The position numbers and the translations under genes are program-made. Of a stretch of 64,000 nt of DNA, positions 1-12,675 are shown one piece after another. Each line of letters opens with the position of its first letter. Within the stretch, counting starts at the first letter, position 1. Location: assembly GCF_018350175.1 (NCBI RefSeq), contig NC_058368.1:146570001-146634000 (forward strand), given 5' to 3'. This DNA is from Felis catus (Eukaryota). The notes beneath the pieces are model-generated. The model was not told the origin of the DNA. It searched no databases and worked only from the letters and a program-made list of their open reading frames with translations.

Positions 1-469
1 TCTTGCTGGATTACACACTTTCTCCTGGTTGTGAACTTTATTGAATTTCTCAATCTTATGAGTGTGCCCATGGGGTGACTATGGGTTTGAAAGTCATTGG
101 CTTAGTCATCAGGGGAGAGGAAGTAGGGGACAGTGGGAGAATTAGCAATAGTCAAGTACACCCTCTCCCCACTTAAAATTGTATAGGAACCAATTAGCTC
201 AGGAAATGGAAATAGCAACTGTCTGAAAAACCAACCAAATTCAGAAAATGAGATAGCAACAAATAGATGTAAAAATTCACCAAAAATACACTTTGTATTC
301 ATGCATTCCTTATTTTAGAAAATATTTAAGTACCTATGTATGTAAAACACTTTGGCTGATAGTCACTAAGTGTACAGTAATGAATAAGTTTGAGTGGTTT
401 TGTCATTTATAATAAAGTGGTGAATGATTGGCTATTTATGCCATGAGATTTTATCACCACTTTCCCTTG

Positions 470-985
470 TACCACTACAGAGGTCCAGGATACAATTCAG
501 CATCATTTACTGCATTTAGTTTTTATGTCTCTTTAGACTTATTTAATCTGGAACAGTTCTTTCTGCTTCCTTTACTTTTTTTGACCTTGAGTCTTCAAAT
601 GGGGCGCCTGGGTGGCTCAGTTGGTTAAGTGTCCAACTTCAGCTCAGGTCATGATCTCATGGTTCGTAAGTTTGAGCCCCACATCGGGCTCTGTGCTGAC
701 AGCTCAAAACCTGGAGCCTGCTTCAGCTTCTGTGTCCCTCTCTCTCTGTGCATCCCCTGCTTGTGCTCTGTCTCTCTGTCTCTCTCAAAAATAAATTATC
801 ATTTAAAAAATTAAGAAAAAAGAATATTTAAAAAAAAAGAAAAATATAAGCCCATGATTTTGTAGAATGTCCCTTACTTTTGGTCATCTCTTGTTTCCTT
901 ATGATTAGAATCAGGTAATGCTTTGGGGGAGAAATCTCACGGAAGTGATGTGTCCTTCTCAGGGCATCATGTCAGGAGGGAGACA
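470..985 (-). mobile_element. old L1 (L1MC-like) 3' fragment interrupted by the SINE
   Basis: Diverged motifs ttaatctggaacagttc, ttttgtagaatgtcc, gaagtgatgtgtccttctc recognised by eye. Confidence 0.55.
601..845 (+). mobile_element. Can-SINE (SINEC_Fc type)
   Basis: GGGGCGCCTGGGTGGCTCAG head, (CT)n region, AATAAA and A-rich tail. Confidence 0.93.
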
Positions 986-1099
986 CTGCACTTTTGGAAA
1001 ACTATGTATGGCCATAGTTTTGTCTTGTCTTGTCGTGTTTTGTTTTCTTATCACCCTATACTCTGTAAGTTCCCCCTTCTTCATACTTTAGATATCCAT

Positions 1100-2120
1100 C
1101 TTACTACTCTGTATTGAGTCAGAACATTTCCTCTAAACTCCAGACCTATAAATATAATTGCTTATTTGACAACTTACTTAAAATACTTTACATACTTAAA
1201 ATATCTGAGATCAAATTTGTGATCTTCTGCTAAGGACTATTATGGTGTTTCCCATCTCAGCTAATGGCTTTACCATCCAATCAAATTCTAAAAGTGATCC
1301 TTAATGTTTCCTTCTTCTTTATCTCCCCAATTCAAATCCATCATCAAGTTATATCAATTGTGCCTCTTAAATGTCTCAAATCATAGCTTATTTGCTTCAT
1401 TCTTGATTGTTAAGATTGTGGTAAAAGACTATCCCACCAAGTCTACCTGGCAAAATTTATTACCTGGTCTCCCTACATTCATGCTGACACCTTGCAGACT
1501 TTCCCCATATTGAAAATAGGGTGATATTTTTGAAATGTTATTCTAGTCAAGTCACTCCAAATTCTTTCCCCCATACTGCCCCAACCCCCCTCTAATTGCT
1601 TCTTGTTTTTCTTAGGATAAAGACTAGAACATTTAAATCTCTTAAAGCTCTACATGGTCAGACCTCTGCATGCCTCACTGCCCCATCTCAAGCCATCATC
1701 TCCCTCAATTTATGCCTCTCAGGTATACTAGTCTTAAGACCCTAAAGCAATACTGAACACGTAGCCTTTACCTATGCTTCATCTAAACCAGGTATCTTCC
1801 ACTCAGTTAGTTAACTCCCATTCATGCTTTAGATCTCAGATTCAAAGAAGCCCTTTCTGAGAATCTCAGTCTAGGTCAGATTCTCCTATAACATGTCTTT
1901 ATAAAACACACTCCTTTTTAGGAGAGTACTTATCTCCACTTGTAATTTTTCATTATTCATTGTGATTATTGGAACAGTATCTATCTTTCCAAGTAATGTA
2001 TAAACAACATAAGGGCAAGAATTGCATTTGATTTTATTCACTTTCCTATCCCACCACCCACAGCACTTAACACAACACCTAGTATGGTAAAGAGTGGTTA
2101 TCTGCATGTTTGTAAGTGAT
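1100..2120 (+). mobile_element. L2 LINE 3' fragment
   Basis: L2-type motifs (ctctaaactccagacc, tttcccatctcag, aatccatcatcaagt) and an L2-like 3' end near 2060-2110. Confidence 0.6.
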
Positions 2121-2335
2121 TCAGTAACATAAGCTGTTAAGGTTTGCTGTACAATTCAATGGAATAAGCAATGAAATAGACATACACTGAGACAATCTTT
2201 TAGGAGCTAAACTGCTTCCTTAAGAAAAGCAATGTGCTTTTGTGACTTATGGGTCACCAAACCTAAAATATATATTGGGGTGTGCCATCACACAACCACA
2301 AACTTTGTCTTTTAATCATGAGTATTGAGTGTTTC

Positions 2336-2528
2336 TTTTTTTTTTTTAAGTTTATTTATTTATTTTAAGGGAGATAGAGAAAGCATGTGGGTGGGGCAGA
2401 GAGAGGGAGAGAATCCCAACAGTGCGAGCAGGCCAGCAAGGCTTGATCTCAGAAGCCCATACCCATGTGATCATGACCTGAGTTGAAATCAAGAGTCACA
2501 CCTTAACCACTGAACCACCCAGTGTCCC
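2336..2528 (-). mobile_element. older Can-SINE
   Basis: Poly-T tail, tcatgacctgagttgaaatcaagagtc, reverse head gaaccacccagtgtccc. Confidence 0.85.
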
Positions 2529-2742
2529 AAGCATTGTTTATAATTTTTCTTAGAGTTCCAGAAATATGCTAAACTTACTATTCATTTGAATTCCTCAGGA
2601 AAAAAATGTTGTCTTCAAATAGGTTCATAAACTAATGTTTAAGTTATCAACAAAAGTGAACAAAGCAAGGATGATATTTTTATATCTACAGTTTTTTCAG
2701 AGAAGTGAATGGCTTTCTCTTTTCTCAGCCTCAGTCATGCTC

Positions 2743-3269
2743 TGTGATGGTTAATTTTATGTGTCAATTTAACTGGGCTTCCTAGCAAATAGCTGATAAA
2801 ACATTATTTTCAGGTGTGTCTGTGAGGGTGTTTTGGAAGAGATTAGCATTTGAATCGCTAGGCTAAGAAAAGAAGGTCCAGCCAATGTGGTTAGGCATCA
2901 TCCAATCTTTTTAGGACCTAAAACTAAAAAGCAGAGGAAGGGAAAATTCTCTCTTCTTGAGTTGGGACATCCCTTATCTCCTGTCCTCAGACATTGGGGC
3001 CCCTTGTTCTATAGCCTTTGGACTCTGGGACTTACAAAAGCAACTCCCCTCCCTGCTGTTCTCAGCCCTTTGGCCTCTAGAACCACTTAGACCATCAGCT
3101 CCCTTGGTTCTCAGGCCTTCAAAGTCAGACTGAATGACACCACCACCTTTCCTGGGTTTCCAGCTTACAGAGAGCAATTTTTGTGTCTTATTGACCTCCA
3201 GAACAGCATGAGTCAGTTCCTACATACATATGTCCTAGTGGTTTTATTTCTCTAGAGAACTCTAATACA
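2743..3269. mobile_element. MLT2-type (ERVL) solo LTR
   Basis: Begins TGTGATGGTTAATTTTATGTGTCAA, ends TCTAGAGAACTCTAATACA (TG...CA); contains tgtctgtgagggtgttt and gagattagcatttgaatc. Confidence 0.85.
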
Positions 3270-3999
3270 TGCCAATCTCTGCATTAAAAAGACAGCCCAA
3301 TGGTATTAACTTCCACAGATTCTCTCAACACAGCATCCGTCAAACATACACATTAATTTGATTACAATTTTCTTTTGGCTAAACCTGTTTCTCTTTGATG
3401 TGTGCAGATCTTCAGTGAACGTGTACATTATTATTTTGCTGTCATGAAATGTTGTTATCATAAGATTAAGCTAGGGTCAAGACTTGCTGAGAAAAGAGAA
3501 TAGAAAAGTTATTATGTGCTGTTCATAAATGTTTAGAGCAGTGCTTTTGTTTGGAGACACCATCTATCCTAATTGCATATAGGAATGAATAGTGTTAACT
3601 CACCTCAAGGAACTTACACAGTTGTGTTTAAAATCAGTCTTGGTGAATCACATAGTTTTTGCAATTAGAAATTGTGTTCACTATTTAGAGTAGTACTACA
3701 ACGAACTCTTACATACAATTAGTCCGGAGGGTGGATCTAAGAAATGTTCAATATTTATGTATCTGAGATTTTATGAAACTCAAATTTCATATAATTTGAG
3801 TTTTCATAATGATTGTGCAATACTTTTTAATTCAGTAACAAAACCGTGCAGTTTTTTAAAGGGCCCGTGTGCAAATCCTTTTCAAAACTTAAACTTCATC
3901 TTTCGCTTCTACTTACAATTTACTAAGTCCTAAGTTTGTCATTCCTACCTAATGATGAGGACAGCCCAGATAACTTACACAGTTTGGGTATTTAAAACT

Positions 4000-6900
4000 A
4001 ATCAGAGTTCTGAAGATTTAAGAAACCTCAGTGGACTACAATCCAGGAGGTAATTAGCCGTTTTCAGGAAACAAGAGATCTGTGGCTACTTTAATGTCTA
4101 CTGCGCAATGGGAGGAGAAATCTGTCACAGAAGGGAGTAACAAAAAAACAGCTGCAGGTGATCTGGTTGAACAGTTTAAGATCTCAAGGAGTCCAAACCC
4201 AGAGCAAGTCTCCACCTACCCACCAACTCTTTCCCCTGGGCTTCCCTGAGTGCACTGGGTAAACTGCTGAAGGCTGGAGTCAGGCCAGGAGAATGAAGAG
4301 AAATGCCTCTGGGGATCTCCAGGCCCTCCTTGAGAGCAAGGTAGTATCTGTGAAGGTTGGGAGCCTGGCAGGAGGGTGAAAGCTCTTCAAGACTGCTAAG
4401 GCCTGCACTAAATGCATCATCTCAGCCTTCTCAAGGCTAGGGCCAGACACAGAAGGCGAATCACAGCCCTAGAAAGCAAAGGGAACTCTTTAGAATCCTG
4501 AAAATCTGACTTTCACAAGCTGTAAGCAAAGAGATAAATCCCACATTCAAAGAACTGGAGACTGGGCTCTAGTGTACAAAGAGCTCTGGAATTATGTAAC
4601 TGCTCAGATCTGAGGTCCTACCTAAGGGAAGGTCCTGATTCCTCCATCAAGTCGCTTGAATCCCAATGGTGAACTAAATAACTAAAGCTGTAACAAAGAC
4701 AAGACCCAGCTGATCTGTAGAGAAGATTGACTCAGTGTTTATATTGGTGCCATGATGGCAATAGGGCATGCCTTATTCTAGAGGCAAATATTCTTCTTGT
4801 GCAGTTTCTTGTGCACACAATACTGGGCACACAACTTGGGTTATGCCAAGTGGTAAAAATATTGGGGCCACAGTCAAGAGAAGAAAAGAATCAGATGGTC
4901 AACAGAATCAGATGCAGAGACAGCCAAATGTAAGATATATCACATAGGGACTTTAGTATTGCTGTGATAAATATACTGAAGAATCTAGTGGAAAGACAAT
5001 AATATTTTATTTAGTTTGTCCTGGTTTTGGCATTGTATCATATAAATGATAAACAGTAGGTGACTTACTATTTCTGTTTAAAGTTATGGTTCTGTGATTT
5101 ATTCACACTGTTGCATGTAACTATAAATTGTTTCCCCCCCCCCCCCCAGTGGTGTACAGGGTATCATTGTAAGACTATACTGTAATTAATTTTTCCATTT
5201 GATTGTCAGCATACATTTCAGTTTCTAAGTTTTTAGTACTACAGAGATTGTCATGACGCATGTTCTTGTATAGATTTCCCAGTATACACACTCAAGAATT
5301 TCTTTACAGACGATACTTATGAGTAGAATTTTACTAGCCCGTGCATTTTCCCCCACAGTACTTAAACCAGCAGTCTCTATTTCTATATATTGTCACCAAC
5401 ACCAAATGTTGTCAAACTTTCTAATTTTAGCCAACTGGTGGATTTTAGGTTCCCACTATGGGATTTTAAAATCCCATCATGATATTGAGCTGCATTTCTC
5501 TATTTTCTTTTGGGAATCTTTTCGAATGCTCATGGACCATTTGTGTTCTCTCTTTTGTGAGAAATTTAATTTTTTTTATTAATTCATAGGAATGATTCCT
5601 ATATTCTGCAAACAGATCATTCTGTCATTTATACGTGTTGTAGATATTCTCTATATATTCTAAACTCCACAATACATTGCTATTACTTTTGCTTTAAACA
5701 TTTCATTGTCTTAACATGTGAGAAATGAGAAAAAACATATTTTATATTCACTATTCCTGACAGTCCTCATTCCTTTGTACAGATCCAGATTTTATTTTGA
5801 TATCATTTTCCTTCTGTCTGAAGAACTTCCTGTAACATATTTGTTTTGTTTTGGGTCTACTGATAATGAATTCTCTCAACATTTATTTGTCTGAAAACAG
5901 TCTTTATTTAACCTTGCTTTTTGAAATATATTTTCACTGGATGTAGAATTAATTCTATGTTGATAGTTCTTTCTTCCAGGACTTTACAGGTTATAGCCAC
6001 TTTGTTTACTGGCTTGCATAGTTTCTGACAAGAAGTCTGCTTATCTTTATACCTCTGTCTATAATGTGTTTTTTTGTTTGTTTGTTTTTGGTTTTGGTTT
6101 TGGTTTAGTTTTGTTTCTTTGCCTTTTAGCAGTTTAGAGAAGTGTGTCTGTCTTATGGAATTTGTGGTTTCTGCTGGGAAATCTGTGATCCTTTATATTG
6201 TTTTTCTGCCATATGTCATTCTCTCTAGATTCTTTGAACGTTTTCTCTTTCTCATTGATTATCAGCATTTGATTATGAGATCCCTTGATTGGATTTTCCT
6301 TGTTTTTCCTGCTTGGAGGTAATTAGAGTCTTTGATCTGTGGGATTATAGTTTCAACACATTTGAAAAATGTTATATTTATTTCTTAAAATATTTTTTTG
6401 TTCTCTTTTCTCCCCTTCGCCTGGAACTGTCATTCTGTGTACATTTGACCTATTGATAGTGTCCCACAGCTCAGTGAGATTGTTTTAGCTCTTCCTGTCT
6501 GCTTCACTTAGGATGCTTTCCATTACTGCCAGTTCAAGCTTGCTGAGATTTTCTTCTACAGTATCTAATCAACCATTAATCCTGCCGATGATTTTTTTTT
6601 TAATTTCTAATACTCCAGTTTTCATCTGTAGGCAGGCTAGTTGAGAATTTTTATAACTTCTTTTTCTCTCATCCTCATGTTCACGTTTCCTTCCCCTTGT
6701 TGAATCTGAAAGGGTATTGATGATGCTGTTTTAATGGCCTGGTTTGTATATTAATTCCATCATCTCCATTACATATGTGTTTGTGCCCATAATTAATTTT
6801 CTCCTAGCTTTTAATAATATTTCTCTGCTTCTTTTCATGACTGGTAAATTTTGATTGGGTAGCAGTTGTTATGAAATTTACATCACTGTTTGCTCGATTT

Positions 6901-7690
6901 TGTTGTTTCCCTCTAAGGAGCATTTTTCTGGCATGCAGTCAAGATGCTGGAAATTGGCTGAATCCTTTCTTTTCTTGCTTTTAAGCTTTGTTAGGGCATG
7001 TCTAGAGCAACCTTTAGTGTAGGGCTAATGTAGCCCCAGGACTAAGGCAATACTCTTCAAGGACTGTATCCAAGTCTCTGTGTACTACAAGATCATTCTC
7101 CTCTAACTGGTAAAAACTAGAAATGTTCCCAGCCTTGTGTGAGCTCAGGCAGCTGTTTAGCTTACTGCTTCCTAGAGATTCTTTCCCTGTCTTGTTTTCC
7201 TGAATAGTTGTGTAGACTCAGACCAAGACTCCAGGGGACCCCTCTATCGATCTCTAGAGAGTTCACTCACTCTCTGCATCTCTCTCTCTCTCTCTCTCTC
7301 TCTCCCTCTCAGTCTCCCTCTCCCTCTCACTTTCTCTCTTCTTCTCCCTCTCTCTGTGTGCATTTCCTTCCTCTGGTACTCTGTCCCATGAATTTTAACT
7401 TTCTTGGCGTTACTAAACTCTGATCTCTCTACCTCAAGTCAGTAAAACCAGTGTTCTTTGTACATTTCACACTGTCCTGGTCTGTGGCCTGTAAACTACC
7501 TCCAGGCAATAAGTCCCCCACTTTGTGCCCTTCTATGAGATAATGATCCTGTGACTTTTGTTGTCCAAGGTCTTATAATTATTGTTTCACATATTTTGTT
7601 AGGTCTTCTAATTGTTTTAGAGAAAGGGATTTATCTTGTTCCTGTTTCTCCATTATCACCAGAAACACAAGTCTGTTATTGTCTTCTGAC
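4000..7690. mobile_element. mosaic of highly diverged L1M fragments (mostly minus strand from ~5000)
   Basis: T-rich L1-like text (tgtctgaaaa...tctttattt, gtttctgacaagaagtctgc); boundaries approximate. Confidence 0.5.
7278..7355. repeat. (CT)n / pyrimidine-rich tract
   Basis: Directly visible. Confidence 0.85.
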
Positions 7691-8433
7691 AGTTGAAACC
7701 AGCATAAAAATTTTAGTGAGTGGGTAGATGCTACATGCAGAGAATGACTGGAGTTTCCTTCTTCAGCTGTGCTTGGCCAGAACCCCGAACCTTGCACCTG
7801 ATCAGCCGCTCATAGCCATGCCCTCACTTGACTACCACGTCTTGTGCTCAAATTCTCACAAAGTCCCCAGCAGTCCAATACCAGGCAGCTGCCACCTCTT
7901 CTCATGTACCTGGCATGATGACCACAACCTCCTTGCAGGTGCCCCAAAACCACTACCAGGACCACAGTACCGAAAATGTAGATGAAGTTGCTTCAGAATA
8001 TAAATAAAGCTGGCCCTAATAATGGGAAAGCAGGCTGACTGCAATGGGATGTGTGCAACACCTAGTTAATGTGTGAATCTGTTACTGCTGCAGTCGTAAA
8101 ACTATCTACTGATAGTTTGTTTGACTTCCTTGAGACGCGTTATCTAAATTTTAAAGATGGATGATTGTGTCATGAACTTATGCAAGACACGGGTTCAAAA
8201 TCTGGCATCACGTATGTCTCTGACAAGCACACGCTGGGAGGCAGTGACAGTAGAGGTAAAGCCTCCATGAGGCCCCCTTACAGACCATGGGAAGAACTCC
8301 TCACGGTGAGTAATGCAGTGTACTCACACGTGCCACCTGCACGCGTCACCAAAATATGGACCTCTGCTTTCTTCCTACATTTGCACCATTTCATTCAATA
8401 AAGTATTTTGGTTTTAAAAAGTAAAAGGTACTC

Positions 8434-8756
8434 AGGGCGCCTTGGGTGGCTCAGTCATTAAGCATCTGACTTTGGCTCAGGTCATGATCTCATAGTTTGT
8501 GAGTACAAGCCCTACATTGGGTGAGGTCAAGCCCTGCTTTGGGTGAGCATGAGCCCCCCTTCAGGTGAACCTGAACCCTGCTTCAGGTGAGTCCCATTTC
8601 TCTTCTGTCTCTCTCTCTCTCTCTCCTTCTCTCCCACTCTGCCCCTCCTGGAATTTTCTCTCTCTGTCTCTGACCGTCACTCACTTGCACCCCCCTCTCT
8701 CAAAATATATAAATAAACAAACAAATGAACTAACTAATTAACTTATCTATTAAAAA
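8434..8756 (+). mobile_element. Can-SINE variant with internal 22-bp tandem repeats
   Basis: Normal head, four 22-nt units plus a partial unit at 8499-8595, (CT)n, A-rich tail. Confidence 0.88.
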
Positions 8757-8940
8757 ATGTTAAATTAGTAGCAAAGGTTAAAAACTTTTATATAGTAGTT
8801 GGTTATTAGCAGGGAAAATTTTCATTTGTATATCCTGATTTCTAACCTGACCTTTTTTTTTCTCAATAAACTAAATAAAATTATTTCAGACTTTCCCTGA
8901 CAGTAAAACCCTTTGAGGTCAGTTTTAAGGGCTAGGTTTT

Positions 8941-9135
8941 GAGCACCTGGATGGCTCAGTTGGTTGAGCATCTGACTTGGGTTCAGGTCATGATGTCATG
9001 GTTTGTGGGTCTGAGCCCCATGTCAAGCTTTGCACTGACACCACAAAGCCTGCTTCAGATTCTCTGTCTCTCTCCCTCTCCCTCTCTCTCTCTCTCAAAA
9101 ATAAATAAAAACATTAATAAAGTTATTTAAAAAAA
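8941..9135 (+). mobile_element. Can-SINE
   Basis: Head gagcacctggatggctcag; flanking repeats aagg(g/a)ctaggtttt. Confidence 0.9.
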
Positions 9136-10273
9136 GGACTAGGTTTTTTTCTCTTTAGTATTTTAAATATATAAAATTTTAAGCTATTTCTGGGCATTTT
9201 GGACTTTTGTTAAATACAAATGATTTTTCTCAAGTACATTTTCTTTGTGTTCCTTATTAGATTCTTCCACACTTTATTTCATTATCCTGAATGTTTAACC
9301 TACTAAATTCACACACTCAATGATAATTTGCTTTCTAAGAACTTGCTAGATAGGCAAGAAGACTTTGAGCCTAATAATAGGTCATTCTTGGAAACAGGAA
9401 GAAAACTGTGCCAACATTAAACAGTCCCAAACACCAAAGGTTCGAGTTGGTTTGAAACAAAAACCACAAATTTTGATTGAATCTAAACTTGGCAGTGTAA
9501 GACTCGCATGGATTGTTTCTGGTATTGTATAGAGGAGATACATACACAGTCTAACAAAGGGAGACGGGGAAACCAGTTTAAACTAGCAGAACATTCAGGA
9601 AAGGATTAAAAACTCAGATCTGGTGTAGCAAATACGGATCTGGAGCTCCTGAGTCTCATGGTCTGTCACTAACAGACCTGGAGTAGGTTAATAGAGGATA
9701 AATGCTTTTGGAGAAATCAACTAACTTTTCTGAAATGAATGAATGGCAGATAGCACTATGCCAGGAACACATTCCTCAGAGAGAAAGTCCAAAACTAAGA
9801 AATGAGAGATCAAAAGGTAGAGTTTAAACATGAAAAAATTAATTTCAAAATTCCCATTGTCTTAATTTATATGATATGGTTAACTGGGCTCACCTGGGTG
9901 TCAGGAGTCTAGGGAAAGCAAAAATATATTTGTGAAGTGTTTTCAAGTCACTAAACAGAGACAGTGGAAATATACATTAAAATATTTTACCTTTAAAGTG
10001 TAACTAAAAAAAAGAAATTATTGCATGGTTGAAAACTAGTTTTTCATTGCCAATGAATCTCATGGAATACCACTATTGAGTTTGCTAGCACTTCACTGAG
10101 TTTTTTGAAGGGGCTCACAGATTTAAAAACATAGACCATAACATTTTTTAAACCCTTTTTTTTTTTTTTGGTATTGTGAAATGTAATGAAGAAAAGTATA
10201 AAACATAAAACTAATGAGCGATTATAAGACAAAATATCATATCTTATATCGGTAAAGAAATAGAAGTGTCATT

Positions 10274-10491
10274 GGGGCGCCTGGGTGGTTCAGTCGGTTG
10301 AGCGTCTGACTTCAGCTCAGGTCATGATCTCACAGCTCTGTGAGTTCGAGTCCCGCATTGGGCTCTGTGCTGATGGCTTGGAGCCTGGAGCCTGCTTCAA
10401 ATTCTGTGTCTCCCTCTCTCTTTCTGCCCCTAACCCACTCACATTCTGTCTCTGTCTCCCTCAAAAAAATAAATAAACATTAAAAACAATT
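10274..10491 (+). mobile_element. Can-SINE
   Basis: Full head and tail; TSD tagaag(t/g)gtca at 10261 and 10492. Confidence 0.93.
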
Positions 10492-10563
10492 TAGAAGGGT
10501 CAGCAACACATGAGCCCTTCCCAAGACCCATGACATATTGAGTTATTCATTAAAATGATCCCA

Positions 10564-10766
10564 GGGGCACCTGGGTGTCTCAGTCAGTTAAACGTCCAAT
10601 TCTTGATCTTGGCTCAGGTCATGATCTCAGAGTTTGTGAGTTTGAGCCCCGCATTGGACTCTGTCCTGATGGCATAGAGCCTTCTTGGAATTCTGTCTCT
10701 CCTCTCTGCCCCTCCCCCATTTGTGTTCTCACTCTCAAAATCAATAAATAAACTTAATAATAATAA
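10564..10766 (+). mobile_element. Can-SINE
   Basis: Head ggggcacctgggtg; TSD taaaat(g/a)atccca at 10551 and 10767. Confidence 0.92.
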
Positions 10767-12289
10767 TAAAATAATCCCATAGTGTTTTTGGAGGATAAGG
10801 ACATAGTAAATCATATCTTCAGAAATTAATATTCTAAGTAAATGGCATATTCCAGACAAATTTGAACAGTCCTGGTAAATTCAAACCAACAACCAGCCAA
10901 GATTTATATTTGGTTTGAGTGAAACATTTCAAGACAAAAGTTAGAGGTAATGAATATAGTCAGCATCCAACAGAAAATTCTGTTTTGCCCTAGTGGTGCC
11001 TTGCTTTACCATGTTTACACTGTTCAGATTTGAGACTGAACATCTCTTTGGGGCATCTCTTTGGAGTCTGAAAAGCTCTTTCCCTGAAACAGAAAACAGG
11101 CAAATATTGCAACATCCACAGGCACAATGTGTGCAGGAGTGGGTTACTCTTGGCCTGAGTTGGCATTCATTTTCTGGGATAAAGGAAGAACTTGTCTTCC
11201 TCACACACAATTTACTCCGTGGTTTTGCTTCTGTCTTTCCCAGGACCCAGTGCTTCCTCTCGATTGGAAACTGTTTCTGGCCGCATGTATGTGGTAAGTT
11301 TTGCACAGCTAGAGATTCTCCATAAATGGACTCCAAGACAGTTTCTTTTCAAAAGGGGCCAGGTACCTACTCTATCTAATACCTTCCCTCCTCTCCCTTT
11401 CATCAGCTTTCCTAAATATGTTTTAAGATGGGCATGAGTTTTTGAGATCTTGCATACTGGTTTCGTTAAGCTTTTGATGAGAATAATGCCATGGCTGGGT
11501 GCACTTGCCAGGTGAGTAAATGGAATCTCTCTCTGTATAGCTTTATCAAGAGAAACAGAAAGAATGAATGGAGTTCTACTTGTGCAGAACTTGCCAACAG
11601 ATTCTGAGCTTCTCATGTCTTGGAACTTTTTCTTGTCCCAGCAAAATGTGTATCAGAAGCTTCTTGACTAGTACAAAATCGACTTGCACACCAGATTCTT
11701 GTATCCTTACTCTGTTATCTGATCAACTGCTGTTCAGCTTCCTTATCAAGGTGTTTTCCTCACTACTTTGCCTGGCCCTCTGGCTTACTGCGTCCTGCCT
11801 ATCTTCTGGTCTCTACCCACTTGCCTGGGCTTGTGATTTGTGAGGCAACCTGACTCCAACGTGGGTCCTGGAGCTAGGGGTTATGGCACCGCCTGTGGTT
11901 AACCGCTGGCACTATGTGTCTTACTTCTCATCAAACCACTGGCTTGTGATACCTAACCTTTGCCTTTGTTAGAGTCCCTAGCCAACTTCTGAAGTCACCT
12001 CCTCTCCCAAACACTCAGTGTTGCCTCTCTTTTCTAAGGGCCTGTGCTTCTTTGTCCTATGACACATTCTGCTCTGGAACCAGGCAGACACCATCACCAG
12101 CCCTTATTTAATGCACTCTGCATTGCTATTGCCTATTCAATTCTTTGTTTCTCCAACCATACTATAAGGGGTGATTGAAGACGAGTGCTATTTTTGCATC
12201 CCTAGAATCTAGGACTGTGCCTAGAATTTAACAGACATATAGGCACCTTTATTGACAAAGGCTTTTAACCTGGACCAGGATGACTCAAG

Positions 12290-12440
12290 TGATATAGAGT
12301 CTAATTCTGGTTTTCTTACTGTGTAATACTGTAATCTTAGGCAAATGATTTGATATTTTTGGTCCTCGGTGTTTTCATTTGCAAAGCAAGGATAATTGTT
12401 GGGATGACTTCTAAGATTGCTTTCGGCTTCAAAGTTCTTC
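12290..12440 (+). mobile_element. MIR fragment
   Basis: MIR core-like tgtaatcttaggcaaatgattt...cctcggtgttttcatttgcaaa. Confidence 0.5.
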
Positions 12441-12658
12441 AACTCTAATACTCAGAACCTTGATTATGAAATCTTCCAAAATGGTAGGACTCAATTTTCA
12501 CCCTAAAAGAGGTATCTGGATAGTTCTCACCGTTATTCAAAACTGATTTTCAGAGAAAAGTGATTTTTAAAGTAAATGATCCATATTTTCCTTTCTCACG
12601 CCCATTATAATGTTTAGCAGATCAGGCCTTCAATTTTAGGATGAATATAAGAGATGAA

Positions 12659-12675
12659 TCGCCACCTAGTGGACA
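12659..12675 (-). promoter_or_regulatory. CTCF binding motif
   Basis: Minus strand reads GTCCACTAGGTGGCGA, matching the core CCASYAGRKGGCR, in non-repeat sequence. Confidence 0.6.

Noticed and set aside
601..700. tRNA-like A/B-box sequences at SINE heads
   Set aside because: These are tRNA-derived SINE promoters, not tRNA genes; they continue into SINE body and tail.
8499..8595. Regular 22-nt periodicity suggesting a CRISPR-like array
   Set aside because: Units are contiguous with no unique spacers and lie inside a SINE in a mammalian genome.
10941..11843. Cluster of 80-134 aa ORFs, possible retrocopy or hidden exon
   Set aside because: No recognisable protein similarity, poly-A tail or TSD. 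A BLASTX search would settle it.
11885..11905. Second possible CTCF motif (ggcaccgcctgtggtt)
   Set aside because: Several mismatches at core positions; too weak to call.
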